Under the pieces are notes generated by a model. It ran no database searches and was not told where the DNA came from. It was given only the letters and a program-made list of their open reading frames with translations. Of a DNA stretch of 64,000 bases, positions 19,733 to 29,222 are shown one piece after another (position 1 is the first letter of the stretch; each line of letters begins with the position of its first letter). The stretch is taken from the NCBI GenBank assembly GCA_020724065.1, contig DYHQ01000001.1, forward strand, positions 26,782 through 90,781, given 5' to 3'. Both the position numbers and the translations under genes were made by a program. This DNA is from Candidatus Puniceispirillum sp. Lineage in GTDB: Bacteria; Electryoneota; RPQS01; DYHQ01.

Positions 19733-21970
19733 TCATTTGATGACAACGAACTTGCCAATATAGCGATCCCAAGGTGTGAACTCGTCCGCTTTGTGTTCGA
19801 CGACATACAGGTAGATGCCGCTCACGATTTCTTGCCTATTTTTGGTGATGAGGTTCCAAGTCTCCTGTTCGGTCCCATTGCAGTGATCGAGAGTGGCCAA
19901 ATGATCTCCCGCCAGGGAGAAAATCTTGATCTTGCATCGCCCCGGCACGCCATTGGCGGGCAAATGCATGAAGTAGAGTTTGCGCGGATATTCAATGAGT
20001 CCCTTCGAGGGATTCACCTCACCGCCAGCTTCGCCAGGGTGAGAGCCCTTGTAGGGATTGGGATAGACATAGATATCGCTCAGGATCGGCGACGCGCCGG
20101 TTGCTTCGGTTCGCACGGTCTTAATCTCTCTGTAATTGCCCGTTCTGGAGGACATCAAGATTCCTGCGCCTTCGACTCCCTTGTCAAAAGCTCTCACCAC
20201 ATAGTAGTAAGTATGACCGGGAATGAGGTCGGTATCATCGAAGTAGTACTGCCCGAGGGAATCAATGTTCGTGGGCATTCCGAGGTTGTAGTTTTGCCAC
20301 TCGAATTCTCCCTCGAGTGTGTCAATGCGATCATAGTAGGCAAGCGCATGCCAATCCTGCTGGTTGAAGGAGCGTTCGATCAGATACCCTTCAAAGTCCA
20401 TGTCCTGCGTGATCGGATCAATGGATTCCTCAGCATTCGGCAACCACGAAATGCGAACCGTATCTGGAGGATGATACCCTACGGTAAAAATCGGCGCATT
20501 TGGTGCCGCAGGGCCTTGAAAATCATTATTGTATAGGCGCAGCGCCCAGTCGGCGTTTTTTGAGCCCTCTGTCGTGTCTCCTCCGGCAATAAAGGCGACT
20601 GTAATCGGGAGCTCCTCGCCCGGCCGAATGATCCATTCTCCTTCACTTGGTCCGAAGCCCAAAAGCATGCGCCAATCCCCCTTTTGCGGCGTGGCCGGAG
20701 CAATAGTACCTGCCGAAATCATGTTGTATTTATCTGCATTCGTTTCGGGGTCGCCGCCAGCCACGCGCTCGAAGTTCGCAAAGGTCACTTCGAGGCTTTC
20801 CAGCGGAACGGGAGTCTGCACCACACGAATGGCGAAGATGCCTGGGGCGGGCCCGTCGTCGTCATTCGGATCATCGTACTGAATCATCATGAGCCGGCCT
20901 GGGTCATAGTAGTTGTAGTCATCAAGGGAGGCCGCATCCCCGCCTTCTCCCCGCGCTCCAATATCGGGATCGGAAAACATGGCCATATAGACATCGCGCA
21001 GGGAAAGCTGCCCGATATTGCGAACTCTGAAATCCAGAAGGATAAACTCGGCTGCATAGTCCTCGGGGTACGCGTAGGTGCGCTGCGAAACCTGGATCTT
21101 GAGAGGGGTATGGCCATCCGCATCGGGGCTGCCTACATAGGTGGCCTCAATGTCGTCTTGATAGACGCAGAAATACTCCTGGACTCCTCGAGCCACACCG
21201 TCTTCGTCAATCTCCCCATCGCCATCGTCGTCCAAAGCCCCGGGGACTTTGTCTCCGTCCAAATCGGGATCTTCAATGTCTACGAGGCCATCGAAGTCAT
21301 TGTCAATGTAGTCGGACGCCATGTCCCCGACGGGATCTTCGTCCATGTGGGTTTCGGGATCGTAGCGCAGATTGCCATCTCCATTGGCGTCCAGACTGTC
21401 TCCGTCCCAATCGGCTGAGGGTTTGCCGTCATTGTCAAGGTCGTCGGCAAGACTCCAATCTCCGTCGTCATCCACACCTTTAGCGCCCTTCACATAGAAT
21501 CGAGGAGGTTCACCCAGTCTCTCGAGCGTCGTTGAAGTGACCACCCAATCGCCAAAATCCGCGGATGAATTCGCCTGAGGATAGGTTCCGATATGGACGG
21601 GATACATTTCGTTCGTTCCATTATCGCCATCGGTGGCCGTCGTAACGAGTCGGCGCTCGTTTGAGATGGCCCCGATCCAGACACCCGAAGAAAACAGGAA
21701 ATCGTTGCCTGAGTTAATGGGGAACTCGAAACCCTTGTACCCGACCGCACCATCGGGATTTCCCTGTTCTCCCCAATTCGCCATGGCCATTCGCACATTC
21801 CCGATATCGTGCATAATCAAAGATTTACGCGCATTGAGATCTGCACTCTGGATAGTCGGAGGCTCGCCGCGGCGCTGCTCAATCACGGTTCGTGCCGAGA
21901 CCAGGACGACGGCGAGGGTTAGAGTGGCCAAGACTCCGGCAACAAAGGGTCTTCCGGAAAGGTTATGCAT
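19733..21970 (-). CDS. Secreted protein with Asp-rich DxDxDG repeats, an FN3-like domain and a T9SS-like CTD
   Basis: Signal peptide. Repeats DNDGK, DANGDG, DNDFDGLVD, DDDGDGEIDED. FN3-like DFEGYLIERS..YYYVVRAFD. CTD IYVYPNPY..IKIFSLAGD..WNL..SGIYLYVVE..GKFVVIK. Confidence 0.8.
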   Translation of the reverse strand: MHNLSGRPFVAGVLATLTLAVVLVSARTVIEQRRGEPPTIQSADLNARKSLIMHDIGNVRMAMANWGEQGNPDGAVGYKGFEFPINSGNDFLFSSGVWIGAISNERRLVTTATDGDNGTNEMYPVHIGTYPQANSSADFGDWVVTSTTLERLGEPPRFYVKGAKGVDDDGDWSLADDLDNDGKPSADWDGDSLDANGDGNLRYDPETHMDEDPVGDMASDYIDNDFDGLVDIEDPDLDGDKVPGALDDDGDGEIDEDGVARGVQEYFCVYQDDIEATYVGSPDADGHTPLKIQVSQRTYAYPEDYAAEFILLDFRVRNIGQLSLRDVYMAMFSDPDIGARGEGGDAASLDDYNYYDPGRLMMIQYDDPNDDDGPAPGIFAIRVVQTPVPLESLEVTFANFERVAGGDPETNADKYNMISAGTIAPATPQKGDWRMLLGFGPSEGEWIIRPGEELPITVAFIAGGDTTEGSKNADWALRLYNNDFQGPAAPNAPIFTVGYHPPDTVRISWLPNAEESIDPITQDMDFEGYLIERSFNQQDWHALAYYDRIDTLEGEFEWQNYNLGMPTNIDSLGQYYFDDTDLIPGHTYYYVVRAFDKGVEGAGILMSSRTGNYREIKTVRTEATGASPILSDIYVYPNPYKGSHPGEAGGEVNPSKGLIEYPRKLYFMHLPANGVPGRCKIKIFSLAGDHLATLDHCNGTEQETWNLITKNRQEIVSGIYLYVVEHKADEFTPWDRYIGKFVVIK

Positions 21971-21990
21971 GAGCTTCTTTACTCCTCTCC

Positions 21991-24900
21991 TTAGAATTCA
22001 ACTCCGAGGCCCACACGGACAAGTCGTCGGGCATCCCAGGCATCGGGATTCGGTCCCGCTTTGGGATTCAGGCCATAGTTTGGAGAAATATTGTCGTTGA
22101 CATAGCCGGCTCGCCCGTCAAATTCGGAATAGGTATCAATGGTGAAGCGGTTCAGATCCCAGCCAAGAATATTGCGGGCGTTAAAGATATTGCGTATCTC
22201 CAGAAGTAGACGCCAACTCAATTTGCCTATTTTGAATTGCCGCGATGCATCCACATCGGTCGTATAGGACCAAGGCGAGCGTTCCGAGAATTCCAGCCCC
22301 TCGATATCGGTGCCGTTGGCATTCGTCGGCGTGTAGGGCAGACCTGAAAGAGCCTGCGAGAGGATGTTCACACTCCATCCCGTCCTCAACCAAGCGGCCG
22401 AAAACGGCTTGCCCCTTAGCAGGCTGTGTGCGCCGATGTTTGCGACGATGGTGTGCCGGCGATCCCAGGCCAGAGGCGTCTCGCGCTTCGGATCCACATA
22501 GTTGGCTCGCGTGACATCCGACCCAATATCATACGAATTCTTGCCGTTGGCCCATGAAATCGTATAGCTCAAACGCCCCGCAAGGTTCGCTCCATATTGC
22601 TTGGAGACACTGAATTCAAATCCGCGAATCGAGGCATAGTCTGCGTTGTAGTATATTGCTGCGTTTGTGCCAACAATACGCCGACCATAAAGGTCGAAGT
22701 AAAGCTGGTTTTGAGAAGCCGTCTGGATCCAGTTCTTGATGTCTTTGTAATAGGTCGAAACATCCAACAAGAAATCTTTGGCAAACTGGTGACGGACTCC
22801 CAACTCATAGGCAATCGTTTTCATCGGGTCCAGGTTGGGATTTCCAATGATGGGAGTGCCGCCGGTCTGGAGCTGGTTCACCGCCGTAAAATAATAGTCG
22901 AGCCGTGAACGCTGGTAGAAATAGCCGTAGTTGAAATGGAAGACATCCTTCTCGGTCACGCTATAGGAAACGCCAAACCGGGGAGAGAGGTAGACTTTTC
23001 CTTCCTTGGGAGGCGGCTCGTAGTCAATGTAATTCTCCGCTCCTGTCTGAGCAATCGGCTTTTCGATGGTTGAGCCGGCATTCCAGTAGTCCATCCGCAG
23101 TCCCATGTTGACGATGATGTCCCGATATTCCATCTTATCCTGGAGATAAATGGCACCTTGGGACGGGAAGGCATGGTAGACATCCGTGTAGATGCCTTGT
23201 CCTGCATTGTCAATCGTCGGGTAAGGTCGGTCTTCCGCCTTCACATCATAGTAGTTGTATTCGAGCCCGGCTTTGACAAGGTGTCGCGGCGTGACTTGGC
23301 TGGCAAGGTCAAACTTCGCGGTCCAAGTGCCGGACTCGAAGTGTGCCCAGTCGGGAACCAATTGCTGGTAGTTTCCGGCCAGCCCATCGCCAATAATGTG
23401 GAATCCGTTTACATGGTCATAGCTGTTCGAGGGATTGCCGGCGTCATAGAGCCCGTCGCCGTCCTGATCCGAGAAAGGTTCTCCAATGTCGTACCGCTGG
23501 TTGTATTTTCCCAGGGCATTGGGAAGATCCGTGAAGGGTTCACCTGCCGTTCCATATTCGCTTGCAGACTTGTCGGCTCCCGCTAAAGTGCGGCTGGCGC
23601 TGAAAGCGCTGAGTCTGACCGTGTAGAAAGTCTTCTGGTTGACGGTGTGGCTCCAGCCAAGGGATACCTGTTGATCCCGTACGCGGTCGGTTCGTGTGTG
23701 GTCGTTGGCGTTATAGCTGTACGATTGCAGATCCTCGTCAATCAGGCCGTCCAGGTCGTCATCGGCCCAGTTAAGGGCTTCTTCGTCGGTGCGACCATCG
23801 CCGTCATCGTCCTCGCCGAATCGGTTGGCATAGGACGGTGCATCTGAGGCATAGCTTTGGGTGGAGGCCAAGGCCAGCATTCCCAAGGAATCCTCTTCTT
23901 GCGAAAAATCATCCGGGAAAATCCGAGATAGCCGGTACCAATACGGATTCTCCCATTGTTGAGATTGATTCCATCCGAGAGTCACTTTATATGCCTGAGC
24001 GGGGGCGTAGGTCAGTTTCACATTCGACGCGGTGTACGCCTGATTCTTGCGTATGTCCGCTCCGAACAGGTCGGTGACCTGGTGGCGATACCAACGGCTG
24101 GAGTTGATCCAAATGCCGTGCTCATTGGTGTTTCGCGACCGAACATTGCCCGAGGCGAACAGGCTCATGGTTCCGGGAAGGCGTGTGCCAAGACGGGGAA
24201 GAATGTGAGTCGTGATTGGTTCCGGACCCGAGATGGACGCCTCGGAATAGTCATAATCTTGATAATAGCTGTCCCCCGTGTCAAAATCCTTCGCATCGAG
24301 ATCCATCACATGCTGCACTTGTCCGTGGTAAGCTGGTTCGCCTTCGCGGACAACCAGATTCACCACGGCAGACTGCGCTTCACCATATTCGGCATTGTAC
24401 CCTGCCGTAAGGACAATCATCTCGGCGATGGAACCCGACCCAACATCCAGCGAGCGTTGCTGAAATTGCGGGTCCTTGACCTGAAGGCCATCCACCAGAT
24501 AGAGGATTTCGTCTCGACGGCCGCCGCGAATATGGATATTCGTTCCCGTTCCCACAGCACCGGCTGTTGCGGCAAGTGCCTGCTGATAAGTTGTTACAGG
24601 AAGGGCTTCAATTTCTTCCCGAGTAACAATGTGAGTGGACGAGGTGATATCCTTGCGTACGACATCGCGTTCGGCCACAACGGTGACTTCCTCTCCCAGA
24701 AGCACCGTCTGCTCCATCGAAAAGGATTGCTCCGTTGTGAGGTCTTGGACAACCACCACCCCTGTCATGATGATGGTTTTGTATCCGATCGCTGTGGCGC
24801 GCAGGTCACAGGTTCCCGGCAGAACATTGAGAATAAAATATTCGCCGTCAATGTTGGTCGAAGCCCCCTGAGTGGTTCCGACAATAAGGATATTCACTCC

Positions 24901-25029
24901 CGGCAACGGCTCACCGGTCGCCTTGTCTTTGATGACGCCGGCGATCTTTCCGGTGACCGCTCCCATCACCGGCGCACCAAGGACAAAAATGAGCAAGGGT
25001 AAAATCAGAAATAGGATTCGCCTGTTCAC
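21991..25029 (-). CDS. TonB-dependent receptor with N-terminal carboxypeptidase-regulatory-like domain
   Basis: GTG 25029 follows GGAGGT. GKIAG..D..TGEPLPGVNI, plug HIRGGR..E..YLVDG, AEYG, barrel YLQDKME, SPRFG, GNPNLDP.KT..YELG, C-terminal RVGLGVEF. Confidence 0.92.
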   Translation of the reverse strand: MNRRILFLILPLLIFVLGAPVMGAVTGKIAGVIKDKATGEPLPGVNILIVGTTQGASTNIDGEYFILNVLPGTCDLRATAIGYKTIIMTGVVVVQDLTTEQSFSMEQTVLLGEEVTVVAERDVVRKDITSSTHIVTREEIEALPVTTYQQALAATAGAVGTGTNIHIRGGRRDEILYLVDGLQVKDPQFQQRSLDVGSGSIAEMIVLTAGYNAEYGEAQSAVVNLVVREGEPAYHGQVQHVMDLDAKDFDTGDSYYQDYDYSEASISGPEPITTHILPRLGTRLPGTMSLFASGNVRSRNTNEHGIWINSSRWYRHQVTDLFGADIRKNQAYTASNVKLTYAPAQAYKVTLGWNQSQQWENPYWYRLSRIFPDDFSQEEDSLGMLALASTQSYASDAPSYANRFGEDDDGDGRTDEEALNWADDDLDGLIDEDLQSYSYNANDHTRTDRVRDQQVSLGWSHTVNQKTFYTVRLSAFSASRTLAGADKSASEYGTAGEPFTDLPNALGKYNQRYDIGEPFSDQDGDGLYDAGNPSNSYDHVNGFHIIGDGLAGNYQQLVPDWAHFESGTWTAKFDLASQVTPRHLVKAGLEYNYYDVKAEDRPYPTIDNAGQGIYTDVYHAFPSQGAIYLQDKMEYRDIIVNMGLRMDYWNAGSTIEKPIAQTGAENYIDYEPPPKEGKVYLSPRFGVSYSVTEKDVFHFNYGYFYQRSRLDYYFTAVNQLQTGGTPIIGNPNLDPMKTIAYELGVRHQFAKDFLLDVSTYYKDIKNWIQTASQNQLYFDLYGRRIVGTNAAIYYNADYASIRGFEFSVSKQYGANLAGRLSYTISWANGKNSYDIGSDVTRANYVDPKRETPLAWDRRHTIVANIGAHSLLRGKPFSAAWLRTGWSVNILSQALSGLPYTPTNANGTDIEGLEFSERSPWSYTTDVDASRQFKIGKLSWRLLLEIRNIFNARNILGWDLNRFTIDTYSEFDGRAGYVNDNISPNYGLNPKAGPNPDAWDARRLVRVGLGVEF

Positions 25030-25133
25030 CTCAACACCTCCTGCACTATGGGTTGCTCCGGTCAGTGCATGATTGAATCGCAAGGCTCTTTCGTTCGTCG
25101 CAGTTTGGAATGGATGGAACAAAGAAATTCCGG

Positions 25134-25164
25134 TCTGGGGCAAGGCAGTCTACCTTGCCCCAGA
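25134..25164. repeat. Perfect 12-bp inverted repeat (stem-loop) between the cargo gene and the TBDR
   Basis: TCTGGGGCAAGG (25134-25145), 7-nt loop, CCTTGCCCCAGA (25153-25164). Confidence 0.8.
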
Positions 25165-25204
25165 TTCGAGTCACCACAAAAATGAGAGAGTCTTGTCTCT
25201 CGTG

Positions 25205-27214
25205 TTACTTCAGCACAACCATCTTTCGGCTCTCGCTGAAACCGTTGGCCGAAAGCCTGTAGATATAGATGCCGCTGGTTAGATTGGAGGCATCGAACGG
25301 AATCGAATAGGAGCCGGCGTGCAACCGCTCATCGAGCAGCGTCGCCACTTCCTGGCCCAGCGTGTTGTAGACCTTCAGCTCCACCTGAGTCGGCAAGGCC
25401 ACATCGAATTTGATGGTCGTCGTCGGGTTGAACGGATTCGGGAAATTGCCGTAGAGGGTGTAGACGGTCGGCTGTGCCGGATGCGGATAGCGCTTGACAT
25501 CCAACCACACATGGCCGGCAACGACCGCGTGTTCTGCATGTGCCGAGTAGTTCATCACGACATCATAGGCGTCACAATAGAACCAGATGGTGTCGCCGTC
25601 AGCGACCTGAGCACCGTCAAAATGCGTATCCGGAACGGTGAAGTAGTAGGTCCCTGAGAAAGTCTCGGGATCGGTCCATGAATAGCTATCAGGGTTGGCG
25701 TAATTCCATTCGGCTCCGTGAGTATTGCTCATCCAGTTCACCAAGATATTGCCTCCGTCATAGTCAACTCCCGTCGCATCCGAAAAGTCTGCGCTGACGA
25801 CATAGGGGCCGAGGGAAGTGGGAGGTGTGACCAATGTCTGATTGGCAATCACGGGACCCTCGAGGTCCGACTGTCCATATTGAGCGCAGAAAGTGATATA
25901 GGCCACGCCCATTTGGCCGCCATCCAATTGGCACTGCTCAATGAAACCGCCGACCAAGCCATCTTCGAAAATGTCCCAGAGCTTCCAGCCGCCGGCCCAA
26001 GTGGCTCCGCCGTCGGTCGAGTAGTTCACCCAGAGCCCTTCCGGAGTAAACTGACCCCAGACATTGCACATCGCGATTGCATTACTGCCACTGAAATAGC
26101 CTTGGTGCACATAGAGAAGGTCGCGGGTTCCGTCATACAGGAGGGAATCAAGGAAGGTTCTTCCCGTCCAAGAGCCTCCGTTGTAGCCGAGTTCGTCGAA
26201 GGCATACCAATTCTTGTGGTAGGCGCCGGTCGCAGGAACGCCGGCGTTGGAGAATATCCACGGCATTTGACCTGTGGGGTCAGCCGCCGAGGATGGATAG
26301 CGCTGCGCACCGGCAATCGTGGAGCCGCCGAAAGTCGAGCCTTGATCCATTGACAAATAGACGGCTGTTGCCGATACATCCGAGTTTCGGAAGCAGCCGA
26401 AGAGGGCGTTGTTGTCCACATCATAGGCCATGGGCATACAGGCTCCAATGTAGTAGCTGTATTCGGTTCCGGAGTAGTCATTTGGGTCGTAGATGGTCGC
26501 CGTGCCCGCCATGGATGTTGGGAAGCGAGCGAAGTATTGGTTGCGATCCCCGTCCGCATCCTGGAAAATGAAGAAGAAGTTGTTGGCGCTCGCCTTCTCC
26601 GCCAAGTGCGGATACTGGGCTGTTGCATGAATGGTTGGCTCGGTCGCCACTACGACCAACGCACTCCAGTTTGCGCCATGATCCGTGGACTTGGAGGCCC
26701 AGAAGGTCGTATTCTCACGGGCATCTGTTCCCCATATGAGGCAGTACAGATTGCCGGAGGGGTCAATGGCCGCACTCGCCCAGGAGAAGGTGTTGGTTCC
26801 CTGAGCGGCGATGAGTGTCTCCACCCAGTCTGTTCCGCCATTCGTCGTGTGGACATCGTAGACTCCGTCGTCTGCGGCGCTTGCATGGGTGTTGATTACC
26901 CCGAAGTAATGGAGATTGTTCTGATCATCGCACAGGCTGCCGAAGTCATACATCTCGGAGTTCCAACCTGTCAGATCGGACAAGTCCCCCGCCTGCCGGA
27001 TATCGGACCAGGTGTGACCATAGTCGGTGGTTTTCACATACCGATACTGAATTTCATTCTGATCAAGGTGTCCGTTCCCTTGGCAGGGTAGCCGGACAGC
27101 CTTTTCATGGTTCCCAGGAAGGGCCTTCGGATTGGGGAGAGCCCAAGCAGAAACGACAAGCATCAAACCGATTCCCAGAGCCAGCGCGAGGAAGATGGTT
27201 CCTTTTTTGGTCAT
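25205..27214 (-). CDS. T9SS type-A CTD protein with BNR/Asp-box (sialidase-like) beta-propeller
   Basis: Signal peptide. Asp boxes TTDYGHTW, TTNGGTDW, STDHGANW, SMDQGSTF, STDGGATW. CTD NFPNPFNPTT.I..KVYNTLGQEV..SGIYIYRL..RKMVVLK. Confidence 0.85.
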   Translation of the reverse strand: MTKKGTIFLALALGIGLMLVVSAWALPNPKALPGNHEKAVRLPCQGNGHLDQNEIQYRYVKTTDYGHTWSDIRQAGDLSDLTGWNSEMYDFGSLCDDQNNLHYFGVINTHASAADDGVYDVHTTNGGTDWVETLIAAQGTNTFSWASAAIDPSGNLYCLIWGTDARENTTFWASKSTDHGANWSALVVVATEPTIHATAQYPHLAEKASANNFFFIFQDADGDRNQYFARFPTSMAGTATIYDPNDYSGTEYSYYIGACMPMAYDVDNNALFGCFRNSDVSATAVYLSMDQGSTFGGSTIAGAQRYPSSAADPTGQMPWIFSNAGVPATGAYHKNWYAFDELGYNGGSWTGRTFLDSLLYDGTRDLLYVHQGYFSGSNAIAMCNVWGQFTPEGLWVNYSTDGGATWAGGWKLWDIFEDGLVGGFIEQCQLDGGQMGVAYITFCAQYGQSDLEGPVIANQTLVTPPTSLGPYVVSADFSDATGVDYDGGNILVNWMSNTHGAEWNYANPDSYSWTDPETFSGTYYFTVPDTHFDGAQVADGDTIWFYCDAYDVVMNYSAHAEHAVVAGHVWLDVKRYPHPAQPTVYTLYGNFPNPFNPTTTIKFDVALPTQVELKVYNTLGQEVATLLDERLHAGSYSIPFDASNLTSGIYIYRLSANGFSESRKMVVLK

Positions 27215-27400
27215 GGTATTACCTCTCTATTCTTGGTGGTTAGTGAATGCTGTTTGCCTCACGGCTCTGTGTCAGGGAGCAGGGCATGGAGGCCTGAATG
27301 ATTGTGTAATATCTGAATTGTCAAATACTTAGAATCTATACCGACTCTGACTTCGTGTTCGGGTGTTCCTCTCGCATACTGAGCCGCATAGCAATCACTA

Positions 27401-27430
27401 TAAATAAAGCAATGGAAAGTAGAAAGTCAA
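27401..27430 (-). promoter_or_regulatory. Possible promoter for the minus-strand TBDR/PorV locus
   Basis: Minus-strand TTGACT (27430-27425) in a GCTTGACTTTC context like the other promoters. The -10 is weak (TATTTA at 18 bp). Confidence 0.35.
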
Positions 27431-27573
27431 GCAAAAAACTCTAAAATTTTATGGCAATTTGCATCCCCAGGGTCTTTGAACAACAGGCTTAGGCGACCGA
27501 GGGGTGTTGCCGTGCATGGGTTTGGCGGACCACTCTCAGGCGGTGGTGGAAGGATGAGTGGAACGAGAATAAC

Positions 27574-27602
27574 TTGACTATCAAAGATTTTATCTGTATA
27601 AT
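27574..27602 (+). promoter_or_regulatory. sigma70-type promoter for the ecfT-truA-tal operon
   Basis: TTGACT (27574-27579), 17 bp spacer, TATAAT (27597-27602). Confidence 0.8.
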
Positions 27603-27640
27603 TTGTTGTCAAAATTCTTGTTTGATTTCCTGGAGACGCC

Positions 27641-28396
27641 TTGAGTCAGCCGCTTGTTTTTGCACTTGATGCCCGCACGAAACTCGGAGTGGCTGCTGTC
27701 CTTATCATGGGGCTACTCCTGGTTGACGACGCAATTGCGTTGGCTATTTTCGCTGCACTTCTCATCGTGACGGGGGCCTTTGCGCGGGTTCCCTTTCGTC
27801 TCGTTGTCCTCGCATGGCTTGCTCTTTGGCCGGTTCTCCTTCTGACGGTCTTGATTCATGGATTGATAGGTCCTTCGTCAGGGCAGATACTTGCGCACTT
27901 GGGCGGCCTCACGATAACTACAGGGGGATTATCCCGCGGGGTGCTCTTTGCCTTTCGTTTCATGCTTTTCGTGTTCATTTCGCGTCTCGCGCTGCACATC
28001 GGCCGCGGCGAAGAGTATGGGCGCGCTGTTGCCAAGTTGCTTGCACCACTTCGGCGCTTTCGGTTACCCGTCGGCGAAATCGAGCTTGTTCTTAGCGTCG
28101 CCTTTCGCTTGATTCCGATTCTGGAGCATGAGGCTGGCCGATTGATTCTGGCTAATCGAGCACGCGGCATCGTTACGGGCTGGGTAGGCAAGATTCGACA
28201 GCTACCGGCTCTTCTTGTCCCTCTCTTCGTCGGAGCCTTCCGGCGTGCCGATGCGTTGGCCATTGCCATGGAAGCCCGGGGTTTCGCAGTCGGTGCTCCC
28301 CGTTCATCCTATATACGAGCACATTTTGGGTTGCTCGACCTCTTGGCACTGGCCTTTGCGGTCGGTGGGACCGCGTTGGCAATCGTCCTCTCATAA
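27641..28396 (+). CDS. ecfT: Energy-coupling factor transporter transmembrane component T
   Basis: LDARTKL, hydrophobic helices, AFRLIP.L..E, ANRARG and AMEARGF (two X-Arg-Gly coupling motifs). Confidence 0.85.
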   Translation: MSQPLVFALDARTKLGVAAVLIMGLLLVDDAIALAIFAALLIVTGAFARVPFRLVVLAWLALWPVLLLTVLIHGLIGPSSGQILAHLGGLTITTGGLSRGVLFAFRFMLFVFISRLALHIGRGEEYGRAVAKLLAPLRRFRLPVGEIELVLSVAFRLIPILEHEAGRLILANRARGIVTGWVGKIRQLPALLVPLFVGAFRRADALAIAMEARGFAVGAPRSSYIRAHFGLLDLLALAFAVGGTALAIVLS

Positions 28397-28418
28397 GCCA
28401 TAGCTTCAGGGCTCCGTG

Positions 28419-29222
28419 ATGGCAGAGCAAATGTCATACCGTTTGGAAGTCGAGTATGAGGGATCCGATTTCCAGGGTTGGCAAGTCCAGAGAACAGGGC
28501 GAACGGTTCAGGGAGAGCTGGAGAAGGCCTTGGCGAGGCTGTTTGGGGAGCCAACCGTGGCTGTTGCCGCCGGCCGAACCGATGCGGGTGTGCATGCCAC
28601 GGGGCAGGTCGTCCATTTTCACGCGGCGCGCAAGAGGCCGCCGGAGACGGTAGAGCGGGCGCTGAATGCACTGCTTCCCGAGGACATCTTAATAAGGAAA
28701 GCGTCGCTCGTATCCTCGGACTTTCACGCGCGCTTCCAGGCGTGCTGGCGACGATACAAATACATCCTGACGACTCAGCCATCCGCGCTCTGGCGCCGAT
28801 TTGTCTGGCATCCGCGATTTGAATATGACTTCGACCTCGTCAGAGAGGCCGCCAGCGATTTTTTGGGCCGGCATGACTTCTCTTCGTTTGTCCTCTCGGG
28901 AGCGGACAGCGAGAGTACCCTCTGCCAAGTGTTTCGAGTTCTCTGGGAGGAGAAGGAAACGCTTAGAATCTTTGACATCGTCGCCGATAGATTTCTGAGA
29001 GGGATGGTCAGACTGATTGTGGGCACCTTGCTTGAGATTGGTCGAGGCAGATTTGAACCGCGGTCAATACCGCTCATTCTCGCGGCACGCAATGTCGGGC
29101 GAGCGGGTCCTGTGGCGCCGCCTCAAGGTTTGACACTGGTTGAGATCGGCTACGCCCCTTGGGAGGTGGCCTCCGAAGAAGTCAAAACTGAAAGGAATGC
29201 GTTATTCTGTGAGGGCGCATGA
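28419..29222 (+). CDS. truA: tRNA pseudouridine(38-40) synthase
   Basis: YEGSDFQGWQ, GRTDAGVHA, FHARF, G.HDFSSF, FLRGMVR, APPQGL. Confidence 0.96.
   Translation: MAEQMSYRLEVEYEGSDFQGWQVQRTGRTVQGELEKALARLFGEPTVAVAAGRTDAGVHATGQVVHFHAARKRPPETVERALNALLPEDILIRKASLVSSDFHARFQACWRRYKYILTTQPSALWRRFVWHPRFEYDFDLVREAASDFLGRHDFSSFVLSGADSESTLCQVFRVLWEEKETLRIFDIVADRFLRGMVRLIVGTLLEIGRGRFEPRSIPLILAARNVGRAGPVAPPQGLTLVEIGYAPWEVASEEVKTERNALFCEGA

Noticed and set aside
21200..21480. Asp-rich block as a DNA tandem repeat or VNTR
   Set aside because: The repetition is at the protein-motif level and the nucleotide copies are diverged.
25030..25143. N-terminal extension of the TBDR from the ORF track
   Set aside because: GTG 25029 has a strong SD and begins a signal peptide. 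The extension overlaps the stem-loop.
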